64,000 bases of DNA from Glaucostegus cemiculus. Lineage: Eukaryota. Position 1 is the first letter of the stretch. Each line of letters starts with the position of its first letter. A program made the translations under genes and the position numbers. Shown here in pieces: positions 38,540 through 53,020 of the stretch. Under the pieces are notes generated by a model, which saw nothing but the letters and a program-made list of their open reading frames with translations, was not told the origin of the DNA and ran no database searches. Location: NCBI GenBank assembly GCA_976551045.1, contig CDPCPM010000213.1, forward strand, positions 5,580,001 through 5,644,000. The letters run 5' to 3'.

Positions 38540-39060
38540 AGTCATAGAGACAGACTGCACAGAAACAGGCTCTTGGGCCCACCTTGTACGTACCAACTAT
38601 CAAGTATCCCTGATGCAGGGTCTCAAGGTCTCAACCTGAAATCTCAGATATCCCTCTGTCGCCTTGGAGACACGGGATCGCAGATGCTGCTTGACTTGCT
38701 GAGTTCTTTCAGAAGTTTGATTTTTGTTTCAGATTTCAGCATCTGCAGTTTCTTGCATCTCCAAATATCCCATCTATACCAATCCCATTTCCCAACACTT
38801 GGTCTGTAGACTTCTTTGCCTTAGCAATTCAAATGCTCATCTGGATACTTCTTAAAGGTCATGAGAGTTTTGTTGTCACCACCCCTGAGGCAGTGCATTC
38901 CAAATTCCAAAACCATCTGCTGTGTGAAAAAAATTCTTCCTTATATCTCCTCTGAACCTTTTACTCCTTACCCTAAACTTACATCGTCTGGTTATAGAAA
39001 CTTCTGCTATGGAGGAAAGTTTACTCCTGCCAATATATGTATACCACTCAATTCTGTGCC
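38540..39060 (-). mobile_element. CR1 3' fragment interrupted by a Penelope-type arm (38608-38762)
   Basis: ORF 38876-39082 TRRCKFRVRSKRFRGDIRKNFF...IWNALP; CR1 tail at 38540-38605. Confidence 0.85.
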
Positions 39061-41849
39061 TCTCTACTTGGTACCCATCCAAGGACTTGTTACAAATACA
39101 ATATGAACAATTATGAACTTCATTATCTTAAACATTCATCCAATAGAAAGCTGTTGCTATGCATACCTTGCCTTCAAATTTCATCCATTGATTCTCGGAA
39201 GTTCAACTCATGCTACTCCATTATTTCATATGAGGTAAGCAGAGGACTGGAAAGTGACAGCTACTGTCCTGTGCAGTTGTGATGTGGAGAAGCTATTGGA
39301 GGGGAAACAACTCGCACTTCTTACTTATCTTAGAAACCTACATTTGTTTCATTTATTTAATACCAATATAGTTTGAAAATACTGACCAGTGAGCTACATG
39401 ATTCCAGGCCAGCCAAAATCTTGCATTTCTTGAGTGCACCATTTCTCTACTGACAGAATGATAGTTTGTTGTTTTACCTAAATGTAATTACATTTTTAAT
39501 GTATTTACACACTGGCCATTTTCACACTTCATTGACAGAAACATTATATTACAGCATTGATAATATGGGTAAATGGCGCAGTTGATAATTTTCATAATTT
39601 TCATTTATATCATAATACAATCCTGAAATTGCCAAGAACATTAAACATGATAAAAAGACAATTATTAAAGGGATGAACACCCAGTAAAACAGTAACAAAT
39701 GACAGGAAATCTGTAAAAATATGCGACATAGATTTGTGGAGCATTTAATGGCAGGGAGTGTTTTGTTTGTCACTTGAGTTCACTGAATGCAAAGGGTGGA
39801 TGAATTTCAGGTGGAAGAAATATTTTCAATTCTCTAATATTATTTATTAGAAATAAAGGCTACAGAAAACATGTACATCCTTTGAAAATTCCTTAGAGGA
39901 CCAAACAGTCAATTCAACATTGGACACAGATTGGTTCCATGAGGAGTTGCCTGCTCTCTGGATTTCCATGGTGCTAACTGTTTTCTGAGCATTTTTACTT
40001 TATATAACCAAGGGACTGTTTTGTCTGCATTCCCAGAACAGATCAACCCATCTAATGAACTGTGTTCACATGACATGAATGGAACTGAGCTTTCTAATCC
40101 GTCACTGACCTCAGGAGGACCATCATGGCACAGATCAGGTAATCTAACACGGTTAAGTAGGGAATTAAACTCTCTCAAAGCCAAATGCTTTCCTGGGTCC
40201 TTATATACACCAGATAAAATTTGCAATCATACTGGCTGTTGTAAAGCAACACTAGAAACCTCTCTGTGCTACTAATTCCTGGTAGTGAGCATACTAGTAC
40301 ACACCAAATGAAAGATATATGCAAAAACAAGCTGGGAAAAACAAAAACATCGATTCAAATAGGAAATAATTGAAAATCTGTCTGATCAAATTAATGGGAC
40401 TAAGAGGAAAATTAAACATAAATTCAACAAGGGCTAATATCAGAAATAACATCTTAAGTTTATTTCTTGGAAATCATATATTTCCATATCACATAGTTGT
40501 AGTATTGTGCACAGAGTTGTAGTATTGTGAACTGTGCAAGATTACAGTGCACTTTTGAAATGGCTACATGTTTTAATCTCATGGTTTCTGTCAACTACCA
40601 GCCAGCTGCAGACTTTCCAATTTCGGTACATGTGGTTACTTCACTGCCTTGGCAATTGAGACAGGTTTTGATGAATTGATTCTGCTTTGACTCAAGATTA
40701 GTGTCTGGATATTTATGTATGATCAAAATAAAGATTGTTTCACATATGTGGCTCTGAGAACGCAATCTGTCCCTTCCACAGAAAAACACTGTGGAGCACT
40801 GATGTTGAGGAATGAAATTCCTCCCGTTTCTGGCTCTGGATACCAGCATCAGATGCAATAAATGTAGATTTTTCTTTTGCTCTAACTGAGAAAAGCAACA
40901 CAGGGATATGTAGCTGCATTGTACCATATCAATAAGGCTATTATTTAGATTGCATGTGGGGAGTGAACCTTTCCATGTGTAGAAACTTCTGGAGGTAGTG
41001 CAGTGCAATAGGCAAGTACCATGGCCCAGCCTTGAGGAGCTGTTGTAAAGCAGGGCTCAGTTTTTTAAGTGAGAACAAGGAGAAGGGTTTTCTGAATGTA
41101 TTGTATTACATTTTGGGATGAGAAAGATCTGAGTTAGCCTTAGTGTGGCAAATGCCTAATAGTGATGCAGGCTCTGGAGCAGATCAGAAAAAATACTTGA
41201 AATCAAAATGCAAGAAGATCCATTTCAAGAATATTTCATTCCATTGTTTTCCAAAAGGTGTGGCAACTTAGTTAAACATTTTAAATTGTGATTTCCTTAA
41301 AATGCTTGAAGATAATAGCAGATAATGGAGAAAAGTCATCAGAAAATTGACACTGTGCCAAACTGTGCCTAACACCTTGCCAACAATGCGAGGATTTAGA
41401 AAAACAAGTCTCATCTATGTAAGGAAATGATTTCTTAAGTTTGGTTACTAGGTTGGTGGGGACTGGGGAATAAAACATGTAGCTCAGTTGGGTGACAAAA
41501 TCAGTCGAGGGATGGCTTAGTAGCCTTGATGATGTCCTTTTAATATGGGTTCATTGGGAGAAATCTTTCTCCATATTTCTGGTATATTTATGAAAAAAAA
41601 ACTTACTTTGATTCTGAAGTAAAAAAAACCAAACTGCTGGAGGAACTTAGCAGATCAGGTACCACCTGTGGAGGGAAGTACAGTTGGTATTTTGAGTCAA
41701 GACCCTTCATCTGGGCTTTACTTTGGTTCTGGCCTAACAAACCTTTAAAGTTGTTATGGGAGTGCAGCAGTGACGATCGAGAAGCCTGTACAGTTGATTC
41801 AGAGACTCAGGTTTGAATCTCATTGTGCAGGTTGGAGGCATTAAGGTAC

Positions 41850-42880
41850 AAGAACATACAAGTCAGAAGCAGGAGCATGTCACTCAGTTCTTCAACTGTG
41901 AACAAGAAGGAGAGAGTTCACAAAACTGTCTTATTGGTGAACAATGAGCTGGTTCCAGATCTTCCACATCCACTCAGTCAAGACCACTCAGAAGCTTGTA
42001 TGTTTCAATCAAGTCTTCTCTCACATTCAGAAACTCCAATGAATACAAGGCTACCCAGCCAATTCTTCCCCATAAGAATCATATATTCCAGGTATTCATC
42101 TAGTAAACCTTCTCTGCACTGCTTCCAATGCATTAACATCCTTCCGTAAATAAGAAACTGATACTGTATACAGCTTTCTAGATGCAGTCTCATCAAAATC
42201 CTAGATTAATGAAGTATAACCTTCCTGCTTATGTATTCAATACACCAAGCAATAAATGATAACATTCTTTTATCTTTTCTCATTGCTTGCTGTACCTTCA
42301 GACTAGCCTGCAAATCACACACCAGGACAACCACATCCATCATTTCAGAGCTCTATAATCTCTCACCACTTAGGTAACAGGCTTCCACTTCAGTTTTCCT
42401 TGCAAAATGGACACTTTCACATTTTCCTGCATTATACTCTATTTACCGGATCTTCACCCACTCGCTTAACTCATCTATATTCTTCTGAAGCCTCCTTATG
42501 TCCTCTGCACAGTTTACATTCCTGCCTATTTTTGCGCCATCAGCTCTACCTTCTGTGGCTTCATCCAAATCATTGATGTGAATTGTAAAATACTGAGGCC
42601 TCAGCACCAATCCTTGCAACACACCACTCATTACATCTTTCCCACCAGAAAGAAAGAGCTATTTATTCCCTGTTGACCAGCCAATCTCCTATCCACGCCA
42701 ATTTGTAACGTCCAATGAGCTTTTATTTTCTCCAATAACCTATGCTGTTACACTATATCAAATGCTTTCTGGTAATCCAGGTATTGTTTCCTTTTTATCC
42801 ATATCATTTATTCAAAAAACTCCAATAAATTGGTGAAACACAATCTTCATTTTACAAAGCTATATTGACTTTGCCTGATT
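41850..42880 (-). mobile_element. CR1 LINE fragment
   Basis: ORF 42443-42631 SGVLQGLVLRPQYFTIHINDLD...ADGAKIG...LQKNIDELSEW and ORF 42005-42196 MRLHLESCIQY resemble CR1 reverse transcriptase. Confidence 0.88.
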
Positions 42881-45800
42881 GCTTTAAATAAGTGCATTGC
42901 AATCTTCCTTAATAACATCATCTAACATTTTACTTAATTAAATAAAACAGGAAAAAAAATGTTAGTGTCAGCAACAAAGAACATGAAGTGACTAGATTGT
43001 TGCTAAAGACCTGTCTGGCATCCTTATTAAAATCTAACCAATGTGTAACTCCAGACTACCTGACTACCTTTCTGTTCCAGAGCTGTTGGACATGAGCTAT
43101 AAAACATCAGCATATATATGAAGACCTATTGGGCTGTATGCAGGCCTGATTTGTGAGCTGTTTCAGGCTTGAGAAGTGAGTTTTAGTAAGGTCTTCAAGC
43201 AAGTGCATTAAGACTAACACTGTTGCAAACATGGTCTAGCATGCTAACCTTTCTTGGATGTTGTGGTTCATAGAAAATGCCTATTTCCAGTTTATCGCTA
43301 TTTAAGAGGCCATTTAGTGCTTGACAAAATTCTAGACCTTGTTGCATGTAACTTGAATGAAATAGGTCAAATGTAAAAATGCACAATTACTTTTAGAAGA
43401 AAAGATTACATTGTCATCTGGATATTTCTGGAAGGCTGGAAGGCAATGGTTGATTCTCTTTCCTGCAGTACTAAAAATGTAAACACTGCTGAGAAATTAT
43501 TGAAATCAGTTTTGCCTTGTTCAACATCAAGAGAAGTTGGTTTCAAAGTGAAGCTAACTGTTGTAACTGCAGATACACATTCTCCCACACTCAAAAGCAA
43601 AGACACTAAAAATTCCTTCCAGAATGCAGTTATTAGAAGCCAGTTTAATTTTGATATTAATATACATTGCTTCTTGTATGCCTTTCCTCAACAAACATAT
43701 GTAACTATTCAGGCAGAAAAATTCCATACAACCAGTTGTCAGCAGAATACTGGTCTTATTTTGGCCTAAGAAATAATTTTAATGATAAGATATTAAATAT
43801 ACACACATTACAATTTGCAACATGATGCATCTAGCTCTATTACATTTCCAGCCAATGTGGGTTCTGTGCACAAATTACCCACATTCAGTTAACAGTAGCA
43901 ATTAGGAGAAGATTAAAACTAGATTGATTTTCAGTCAATGGAAAATTCACATATCAGCTATTCATTTAGCAAGAGTATTGCAGTCAAATGAGCTTAAGAC
44001 ATACTGTTACATTAGAATTTCTTCTGTATGTAATAATATATTCAGATGTCCATGACCATTATACTTATTATTCATGGGGTTTAAATCAAAGCACTATTTG
44101 GCCCAAAACCAACTAAATCAGTGAAACACAATATTAAGCAAAATCCTACCAAATAGTATATTACAACTAACTCTGAAATATTGGCTTAGTATCATTTGTC
44201 CCAATTTGGGAACTAGCTCATTGTCTGCACACCACTGGATATGCATTCGAAAATGTTCGAAGACAGATTTCTAACCCTTCTGGGTGGAGATTTTCTTTCC
44301 TGACAATATGTATGACATTTATAGCCTGAAAATCGTGCCACACTAGCTCCACACAGATGTCCATTTGAAAATTTTCTCCCTGCTTTCTTTAATTGGCAGT
44401 ACTGAATCATTTAATTTAAATGTAATAATCTTTCACTATAATATTGGAGTGGACTTTGTAATATACACTTTAAATATCATGGAAAATGGGGCTCAGAGAT
44501 TGTGCATGTTTATCTATGAAACCGTTAGCCAAGATAAAATCTTTTTTTGATATTGATGACATTTGCCAAAACAGAAATGATTGTGCTCTACTTGGATGGT
44601 CAGAAATTATGGGTCAAATTAAAGTTGGGGAATAAGAAAAAAATAAGAGTAAATGGAGCTCTTACTAAATGTGGAGCAAGTGACTGCTTTGCATGGAAGA
44701 CATGGTGTTAATTTCCTCATCTGTTGCTTCAAGTAAAGGAAAAGTATATTTGTGCACTCAACAAATCTGACCTTTGGTTTGCACCAAAATGCCAAATGAT
44801 ATACTAAAATTTGGGCAAAAGTGGAATCTATTGAAAAAATATTTCTTGGAGGAGTTTACACCAAAATTCATGAATTGTAGCCTAACTATCCATTCTGTTC
44901 TAAAATAAAGAAAAGCCATCTCCATCTACACAGGAGAATTAGGGATGAATCTGCCTCTGTCACCAGCATCTTGAGAGCAATTAATGAAAAGCTTGTCAAT
45001 CAGCATTTGTTAAGGCTGTGACAGAATGATTAGTGATCACATGATATAGGGACTATGTAATCCAATATTCAATAGAATTTAAAAGAACTTAATTGGATGT
45101 GAAACATTTTGGAATGTCCTGAGACTGTGAAAAGGATGACATAACTGTAACATAACTCCTTATTTCCCTCTTATGCTCTCTCTTTTGCTTTTCTTGTTGT
45201 CACCTTTTATGTTTTTCTCTCTTTCTATTTTCCCCCTCTATCTCTTCTAACTTCACTAGACTCAGGACTGTACCAGAACTCTGTGGTGCTCATCCATCAC
45301 TTTTGTTGGTACACACACTACTCAAAAAATTCAACCTAAAATAACTGAAAAAATATCTGACCATTAATTCCACAGTGAAAAAGTCCTTTAGCTGTCTGTG
45401 GGGTAAAACGATAAAAAGTCTGTGAATATAATTGGCAAAATTTTCTAAAAGATGATGCCACCTGTGGGACCTATGGGTGTAACCACTGAAGCTTCCATTG
45501 ACTTCATCTTCCTGCGGATGAGATTCCTTATGATTGAGTTTTGCACAACATGTTAAAACATCCCCAAGTTAAATCTATGTTTCAAACGGACAATGAGATC
45601 TTCAAGAAAAGAGAGGAAAACATTCTCTTATGATAAGGTTCCTCTCTTGTCCATTGGTCAAAAAATGATAAGTTACAATGATAGTTCTTATCCTTAGCAA
45701 TGGACTTTTTCAGTCCACCAAGAGAGTACTTAAAGAGTGTGGTGTTTTCATCTATTTTTAGTGCACTTTTCTTGATTGGAGTATGCCTTGTTGAAACATG

Positions 45801-47023
45801 CATTGAAACAATGGAGGAGAGAATTGGAATGTAACTGCAAGAATGTTGATGGATCAATTGTTAATAATAGACATGAATGGACAATGAGTAACATGCTCAA
45901 GTGTGGGTCATCCAGCTGTGAGATATATATGTTTAAGCATTGATAGAGTAGAAACTGCAAATGCTTTGCATCACTGATTAGGTCCTGTAGAATACTGCAG
46001 GTCAGGAGAGGGAAAAACATTCTCCTTTTAGGTGGAAGGGAATTCCCTGAATAACACAAGATCTGGAAATCATGAGAAGCATCAGCCTTGAGCACAGCAG
46101 CCCTAATATTTATAGGGAAGCAGGAAGGGAGAACAAGGACTGTGATGGTGGCAGAGAAATTCCGAAATTCCAGGGAAGCAGAGGTTTAGTCCAATTTAGT
46201 GACAGGACGTCATAATAATGTTTTAAAACTCAGTTTCTAACAGGGCAGCTGGCCAAATTGATAGTCTGGCCACCTGCCAGGTGGGAAAGCCAGCAACAGG
46301 ACGCTACATTTCCTTCAGACAGATGCTGGCTTGAACGTTCCCTTCCATTCAGGTGCTTTGCCAGACTGGAAATCTGACAGATTCAATCCTGCCAAGATCA
46401 CGTTGACTGAATGTAATGATTGGTACGAAGTGAGAATGTAAATGTGAGGATTGGAATTAATTTGGATTTATGCATCTAGGAAACATCAGAGCCTATTGTA
46501 CAATGGGAGCCTTGCAATTACAGGAGACTGAGGCTTACTTGTGATTGGTGGAGTGGGTTAGATAACTGGAGAGCAGAGCAGAAACTGTGATCAATAGAAG
46601 GTTTGGTTGAAAGGTCAAGGGAAACATTCCTGGTCCTTGTGGTTCACACAATCCTTATATGCCCCACCCCTGTCCCCTGCCAACTGTTCCCATCCTGCTT
46701 TAGTTTAGAAAACCGACCCCCCAAAATATTACTTTTATATCAAGCTGCCAAATACATTGTAAAGCTTGCATAATGTCCTAATTTATGATATGGAGATCTG
46801 TGTAATAGTGAAGATTTTGTAATCAGTGGCACTCATGAGGAGTTAAGTCAACTGGCCTAGTTTCACCTAATCAATTGTCCTCAAGGTTTCCCAGCTTACT
46901 CACTTAGTTGTTTATTCATTTATGGGATGTGGGTATCATGGATAGGGACAGTATTTATTTCCCATCTCTAGTAATTCTTAAGGTATTAACATTTTGAATC
47001 ACTGCATTCATATGGTGGATGCA

Positions 47024-47350
47024 CTGGAGACACAAGAGACTACAGATGCTGGAAGCTGGAGGTAAAAAACAAATGACCAGAGAAACTCAGCAGATCGGGC
47101 AGCATCTGTGGAGGCAGAGGTGTGGTCAACAATTTGGGTCAAGACCCTGCATCAAAACTTACCTTTTCATATTTACCATTCATGGGAGCCATGGGAGACA
47201 TACTGCACAGAAACAGGCCATTTGGCCCACCCTGCCGATGCCGACCATCAAGTATTCTCGATGCAGGGTCTTGACCTGAAATGTCGGCCGTCCCTCTGCC
47301 TTCACAGATGCTACCTGACCTGCTGACATCCTCCAGCATTTTGTTTTTTG
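47024..47350. repeat. Palindromic family copy enclosing a CR1 tail fragment
   Basis: Arms at 47024-47155 and 47258-47350; an internal gcacagaaacaggcc...atcaagta CR1 tail. Confidence 0.8.
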
Positions 47351-47584
47351 TTGGTGAATGTATTGTGGTTGCTTTTTGTGAACATTTTGCTCCAACAAGA
47401 AAAGATTATTTTGGAGATTCCGTGGGTTCACAAATAACCAGTTAGATTGGCTGCAGCGAGGATTTTGAATTTCTAGATACTTGAGCACTATGAGACCTAT
47501 TGTCACAGAATGCATGTCAATGCCTATGTAGTTATTGTGTACCATCGACTTCAGTGGGGAAGACCATGTCAAAGTGGTAGAAGC

Positions 47585-48685
47585 AGTAGTGCTACAGAGG
47601 GTGGTAGTGGAAGGTGTTATTCTGGCTGAAGGTCCATCACTATTGGTGTTCTGCAGGGATCAGCACTGGAACCTCTGTTCTTTATGAGATATATATGTGA
47701 CTTGGACAAAAATGTAAATTTGCAGACAACACAAAGGTTGGTAGAGTTGTGGACAATGAAGGTGCTTGTCAAAGGAATATAGATCAGTTACAGCTATGGG
47801 CGGAGGAATGGCAGATGGAGCTTAGTCTGAGCAAGTGTAAAGGAGTTACTTTGACAGTCAGATAGTCACTTTGGGAGGTCAAATGTAAGGGGAAAGTGTA
47901 CAGTTAATGGCAGGACCCTTAACAGCATTAACGTACAGAGGGGTTTTGGGGTCCAAGTCCATAGCTCCCTGAAAATGGCCAGACAAGTAGATAGGGTGGT
48001 AAACAAGGCATATGACATGCTTGCCTTCATTGGTCAGGGCATTGAGTATAAGGGTAAGGAAGTCATGTTGCAGCTATATAAAACTTAGATTAGGCTGCAC
48101 TTGAGAATATTGTGTACAATTCTGGTCACCCCATTACAGGAAGGATTTGGAAGCTTTGGAAAGGGTACAGAAGAGGTTTTCCAGGATGCTGCTGGATTAG
48201 AGGGTATGAGCTATAAGGAGAGGTTGGACCCCAAGATCCCTCTGTACATTAATGCTGTTAAAGGTCTTGCTGTTGGGTTGTTTTCTCTGGCACATTGGAG
48301 GCTAAAGAAGTTTATTACATTATGAGAAGCATAGATAGGGCAGACAGTCAGAATCTTTACCCCAGAATCGAAATGTCAAATACTAGAGGACATGCATTGA
48401 AGGTGAGAGGGGGAAAGTTTAAGGGAGATAGATTTATGGGGCAAGTTTTTTTTACAGCGAGTGGTAGGTGTATGGAATACACTGCCAGGGGCAGTGGTGG
48501 AAGCAGATACGGTAGTGGCATTTGAGAGGCTTTTAGATGGACACATAAATGTGCAGGGAATAGAGGAATATGGAATATGTGCAGGCAGAAGAGATTTAGT
48601 TTAATTTGTTATTGATTTTGGCACAGAGAGTGTGGGCCGAAGGACCTGTTCCTGTGCTGTACTGGTTTATGTTCCATGTTCTAAT
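47585..48685 (+). mobile_element. CR1 LINE fragment (RT C-terminal half plus 3' end), degenerate
   Basis: GVLQGSALEPLFF-like and FADNTK motifs, NTRGHALKVRGGKF, and the tail gggccgaaggacctgttcctgtgctgtac; frameshifted. Confidence 0.9.
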
Positions 48686-50524
48686 GTCCCTTATGAAATG
48701 GAGGATACTCCCTGAGCTTGAATCTGAGAACCAATCATATGTGTTTCCTGACAACACAATAGAAGAAAGTTGGATATTGTTCCAAATGTCATCACAAAGT
48801 TTAACAGTCATCTGGCTGGAACTGGCATGAGTTAATTCTGTCAACCTTCTGTTGAGCCGTTGAGTGAAGGACACCATTAATACCCAGCCTCCCATAAAGG
48901 CATGTAAGCCTATTGGCAGTTGCCATGTAAATGTCTTCAGATCGGGATACATACAAGACTGTCAAAGTTCCAAATTTACTGGCCGAGCTTTGTCAGCAAA
49001 TTCCCAACTGTACTATCCTGCTGGATTCCCTTTGGAACTTAACGATGGACCAGGAGCTGCTTGACATATCCTTGCCTTTTGGATTCTGCTCATAAACTGC
49101 TAAATTGCTTTGGATTATCAGGAAGATGCCATTATTATATCACGGGGGGTATTGTGGCCCCACTGAAAAATAATAATTGCATTTTACCAGTGATTATCCA
49201 TTCATAAAAACATATCTCTGTTTGAATGCCTTCATGGTCAGTGATAGGAGTAAACTGTTTATGTATGTGTGGGATAGAAAGGGAGATAATGTATCACTTC
49301 CTTTCAGCAAACTGATTTAGCAACTGTGAGGTACATAGATTAATAACATGAGCAAGCTCTCCTGGTACACAGATGGATAAAGTCAAGGCTTTACTATGTG
49401 TTCTGCCTGCAGCATGTAATATCTGACCACAGTGCTACAGTACTTGAGGGCAGAGCAAATATTTTACACCAAAAATGCTAACAGTCATTACAGATGTTGT
49501 TGCGCCAGAGGTCTATCTTTAGCATTTGTTCTTGCAAAAATTTTTAATAACTGTAGTGGATGACATAATGCATTTATCATTGCGATTAGTTTCTGTTGTA
49601 TGCCATATGGAACATATGTGCCATGATGAGACTTCAGGTCACCACTGAATGATGTGAGTGAAATCGTTCCAATTTCTCTTTCACAGAGCTGTTACATTGG
49701 CACAGCCATATTTCAATAATTTAATCTATCATCAACTAGCATACCAATAGAAGTGTAAACAGGTTGTGACATGATTATTAATTGAAATTCATGTGCTAAC
49801 AATTTGACCAATATACAGTACTACCACATAAAGCTTTGAGCTTGCGAGTGCAAAGACACTTAGTAAATTAAATCCTGGACAGACTGGACTCATTCTACCT
49901 GCTGCTCTGAACTGAGAACAGGTTCTATTTGTGGCAAGTTTCTGACTGGACTCCAACATTCCGGGTTAGCAGAAGACAACAAAGGCAGCACAGGATCTCA
50001 AACGATGCATCAAGCTTTCCAATAAAACTCCCAGCTGAGACTGAGGCTCAGGGGAAAACCTGGAGAGAAACAGGAAGGAAGAGGTCACTGTTGGGTCTAG
50101 ACTCTTCATCTGATGCATGTGCTTCCACTGCCATCACCACCTTGGACAAACCCCAGCCAGTGTCAGATTTTATACTATTGAATTATGGAGCTGAGGGAAC
50201 AGTAAAGTGGGTCAAGGATGAGCACTGTGATCGGGGCATCACAGGAATTCTCTGTTACTCAGTTTTTTCCCCTTTTCCAGCAAGGTTAACAGAGAAAATT
50301 CCTCCCCTAGGGAGTTTATGTTCTGCTTCTCTTGCAATGCTACTGAGTAGCTAAGGAGGAACGCAAAGATCAGGCTGGTGAAGTGAAACTCCATTGTAGC
50401 ACGCCATCCAAAATGTAGATCGGAAATTACAGTATAAATATCCACCTGGAATCTTTACAGATAAACGACTGGTAGAAATTACAGAGGAATGAGGTACAGA
50501 GCTACAATTTACTGTTGAAGATTT

Positions 50525-50655
50525 AAAAAACCTGCTGGAGGAACTCAGCAGGTCAGGCAGCATCTGTGGAGGGAAATGGACAGTTAACTTTACATCTGAT
50601 CTGATGAGTTCTTTTATTGCTCCAGTTTCCAGCATCTGTAGTCTCCTGTGTCTCC
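50525..50655. repeat. Palindromic family copy, internally deleted
   Basis: ctgctggaggaactcagcaggtcaggcagcatctgtggaggg ... ctccagtttccagcatctgtagtctc. Confidence 0.75.
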
Positions 50656-51049
50656 TCACTGTGGAAGATGTTTCTCCTCGTCCTTGTTCAATCTGTGGTG
50701 CAAGTTATGCTCGTGGGAGGTGAGAGCCCAGTGGCTTCAGCAATTTCAATTAAAGGTGCAGAGTCAATGGACAAGCAGAAGAATATATGACATTAAAGGT
50801 TTACTGATGAATTATCAGCTCACAATTTGTAAAAGTGATTGTGTTTCCCTACACAATAAATCAGTTAAAAAAGCACAATGAAGTCAGAAAGTCAAAAGTA
50901 TTCAACCAATAATATTTGAAAGATCAAGTCTGGCAAAGTCATCAACTTTACAGACCCAAATGAGTTGTGGAACAATTCACCCTCATTTCAGTTTGCGAAG
51001 TATGAATAGACCATAAGTGAAAGCTACAAAAAGCAAGACATTTTAGTAA

Positions 51050-51270
51050 TAACAGGGAATGCTGGAAATACTCAGCAGATCAACCAGCATACTTTGGAGA
51101 GAGAAAGAGTGTTAACATTTTGGGTCAAATGACTTCCTTCATTGGAACCAATGAAATGTCATTGACGTGAAATGCTAACTCTGTTTCTCTCCCCACAGAC
51201 TGTTGCTCTATCTGCTGAGTATTTCCTACATTTTTTGTTTTACTTCAGATTTCCATCATCTGCAGTTTGT
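51050..51270. repeat. Palindromic family copy
   Basis: gctggaaatactcagcag ... ctgctgagtatttcc inverted arms. Confidence 0.75.
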
Positions 51271-53020
51271 TATATTTCATATATGTTTCAATATTTATGT
51301 ATCTATCATCACATGCAGACCCCTTAGTATTTTTCTAATACTCCCCTTGAAAATTTGGGAAAAAGTAGCATTGCTCTGAAAACTAAGTTAAACTCTTTTG
51401 TACTGACAGTAATTTAGTTTATTGCAAGACTGTTTATCAAGTGATTATTGAATAGTAGGTTACTTCTATTGCCAGAGTATGCTTGAAAAATAATTTGGAC
51501 AAAAGAAGAACAAAAGTTTAAATATTTTTAAATTCCTTGATTATCTTTAGGGATTGGAATAATTTCAAAATACTTTCTCTCTGGACATTAAATATGGGTT
51601 TACATGTGATACCTTACATATGATCTTCAATTAACAATTGATCTTTTCTACACGTTAGTTATAGAGTCATAGAGTAGTATAGCACAGAAACAGCCCCTTC
51701 AGCCGATCAAATTCAGATTGACTATCAAGTACCCATCTATACTAAGTTCTATTATTTTATTGTTTCTAAATATTTTGTGCATTTATCACAACATATTCTG
51801 TCAGAATTACTTATTAGGTCTTTTTCTGTATGAAATTCTGTATTATTGGTTGCCCTGCATTCTTCTTCACAAATCTTATGAAATACTTTGCAAGATCCTT
51901 CACCATTCAACAGCCATTTTTGTAGAGGAGAGTTTATATTTTTATAAGACAAACCTTCATAGCAATGACTTTTAAAACAGACCATCTGCAGCATACTGAA
52001 AATATTTAAAAGAACTCATGCATGTTGTTGCAATAACATGCCAAGTTTGTTAAAGCAACTGTATATTTAGGTATCACCACAATATGTAATTTAAACAAGG
52101 CAGCAGATTTCAAATGTGAAATATATTAATGAAAATGATTCAAACCAGAAATAAAAAGGGTAACACAAGCCATTGGAGATTTGTATATAGAATACCAAGA
52201 ATTCTTATTTATCAGGAGCAAAGAACACTCATTAACTTCTGGTTACGTTTCCAAATCCCACAAAATAAATCACTCAAGGACCACACTCACAAACGCAGTG
52301 TTAGGTACCTCCTCATGATTATTTTTACCAACAACAGCATACTTGAACGGAAAATACTGATAAAATCCAAAAAGCATCAAATTGTGGTGACAGTATTTGG
52401 TTACAAGTAGAAACCAATCATTTAACCAGCGGGGCAAAATATTGGGGTAATGCTAAATTTTGTCAGCCTGAGATCAAATTTTCATAGAAAAGGACTAGAA
52501 CTAGCTGGTTGAAGGTAAATCAATGTAAGAGTAAAGGGAGACAGTTAAATGTTCACAATGAAAGTTCAGACCAAAAACATTCCCAACGAAAGAAAATGGG
52601 AGCTCACATACCTAGGTACATGTGGTTGTTGCTTAATACACAGGACAAGATAAGGCAAAAAGGTTAATTATGACAAATACCAATGATTCAGCATTACAGA
52701 AAGCAGAAACAAAATTATACAATTGAACTTTCAGGCATCTGCAGTGTAAAGAAATAGAGGGGTCTTGGAGAAAGTGTCCACGGATCCCTGACATGTAGGT
52801 AAAATGGTTATGAAAGCATACAGGTTGTTGGAATAAAAACAGAAATGTTAGACAGCCTAAATGAAAATCAAACAAAAGCCAATGTAGATATTAGAAATCT
52901 GATGTAAACACAGATGTTTCTGGAAACACTCAGCAAGTCAGACAGCACTTGTGGGAAGAGAAACAGTTAATGTTTCAGGTCCAGGATCCTCCAGTTCAGG
53001 AAATAGGTGAAATGAAATGA

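Noticed and set aside
49929-50354. 141-aa plus-strand ORF in the gene desert
   Set aside because: No recognisable domain, non-ATG start, no partner exons.
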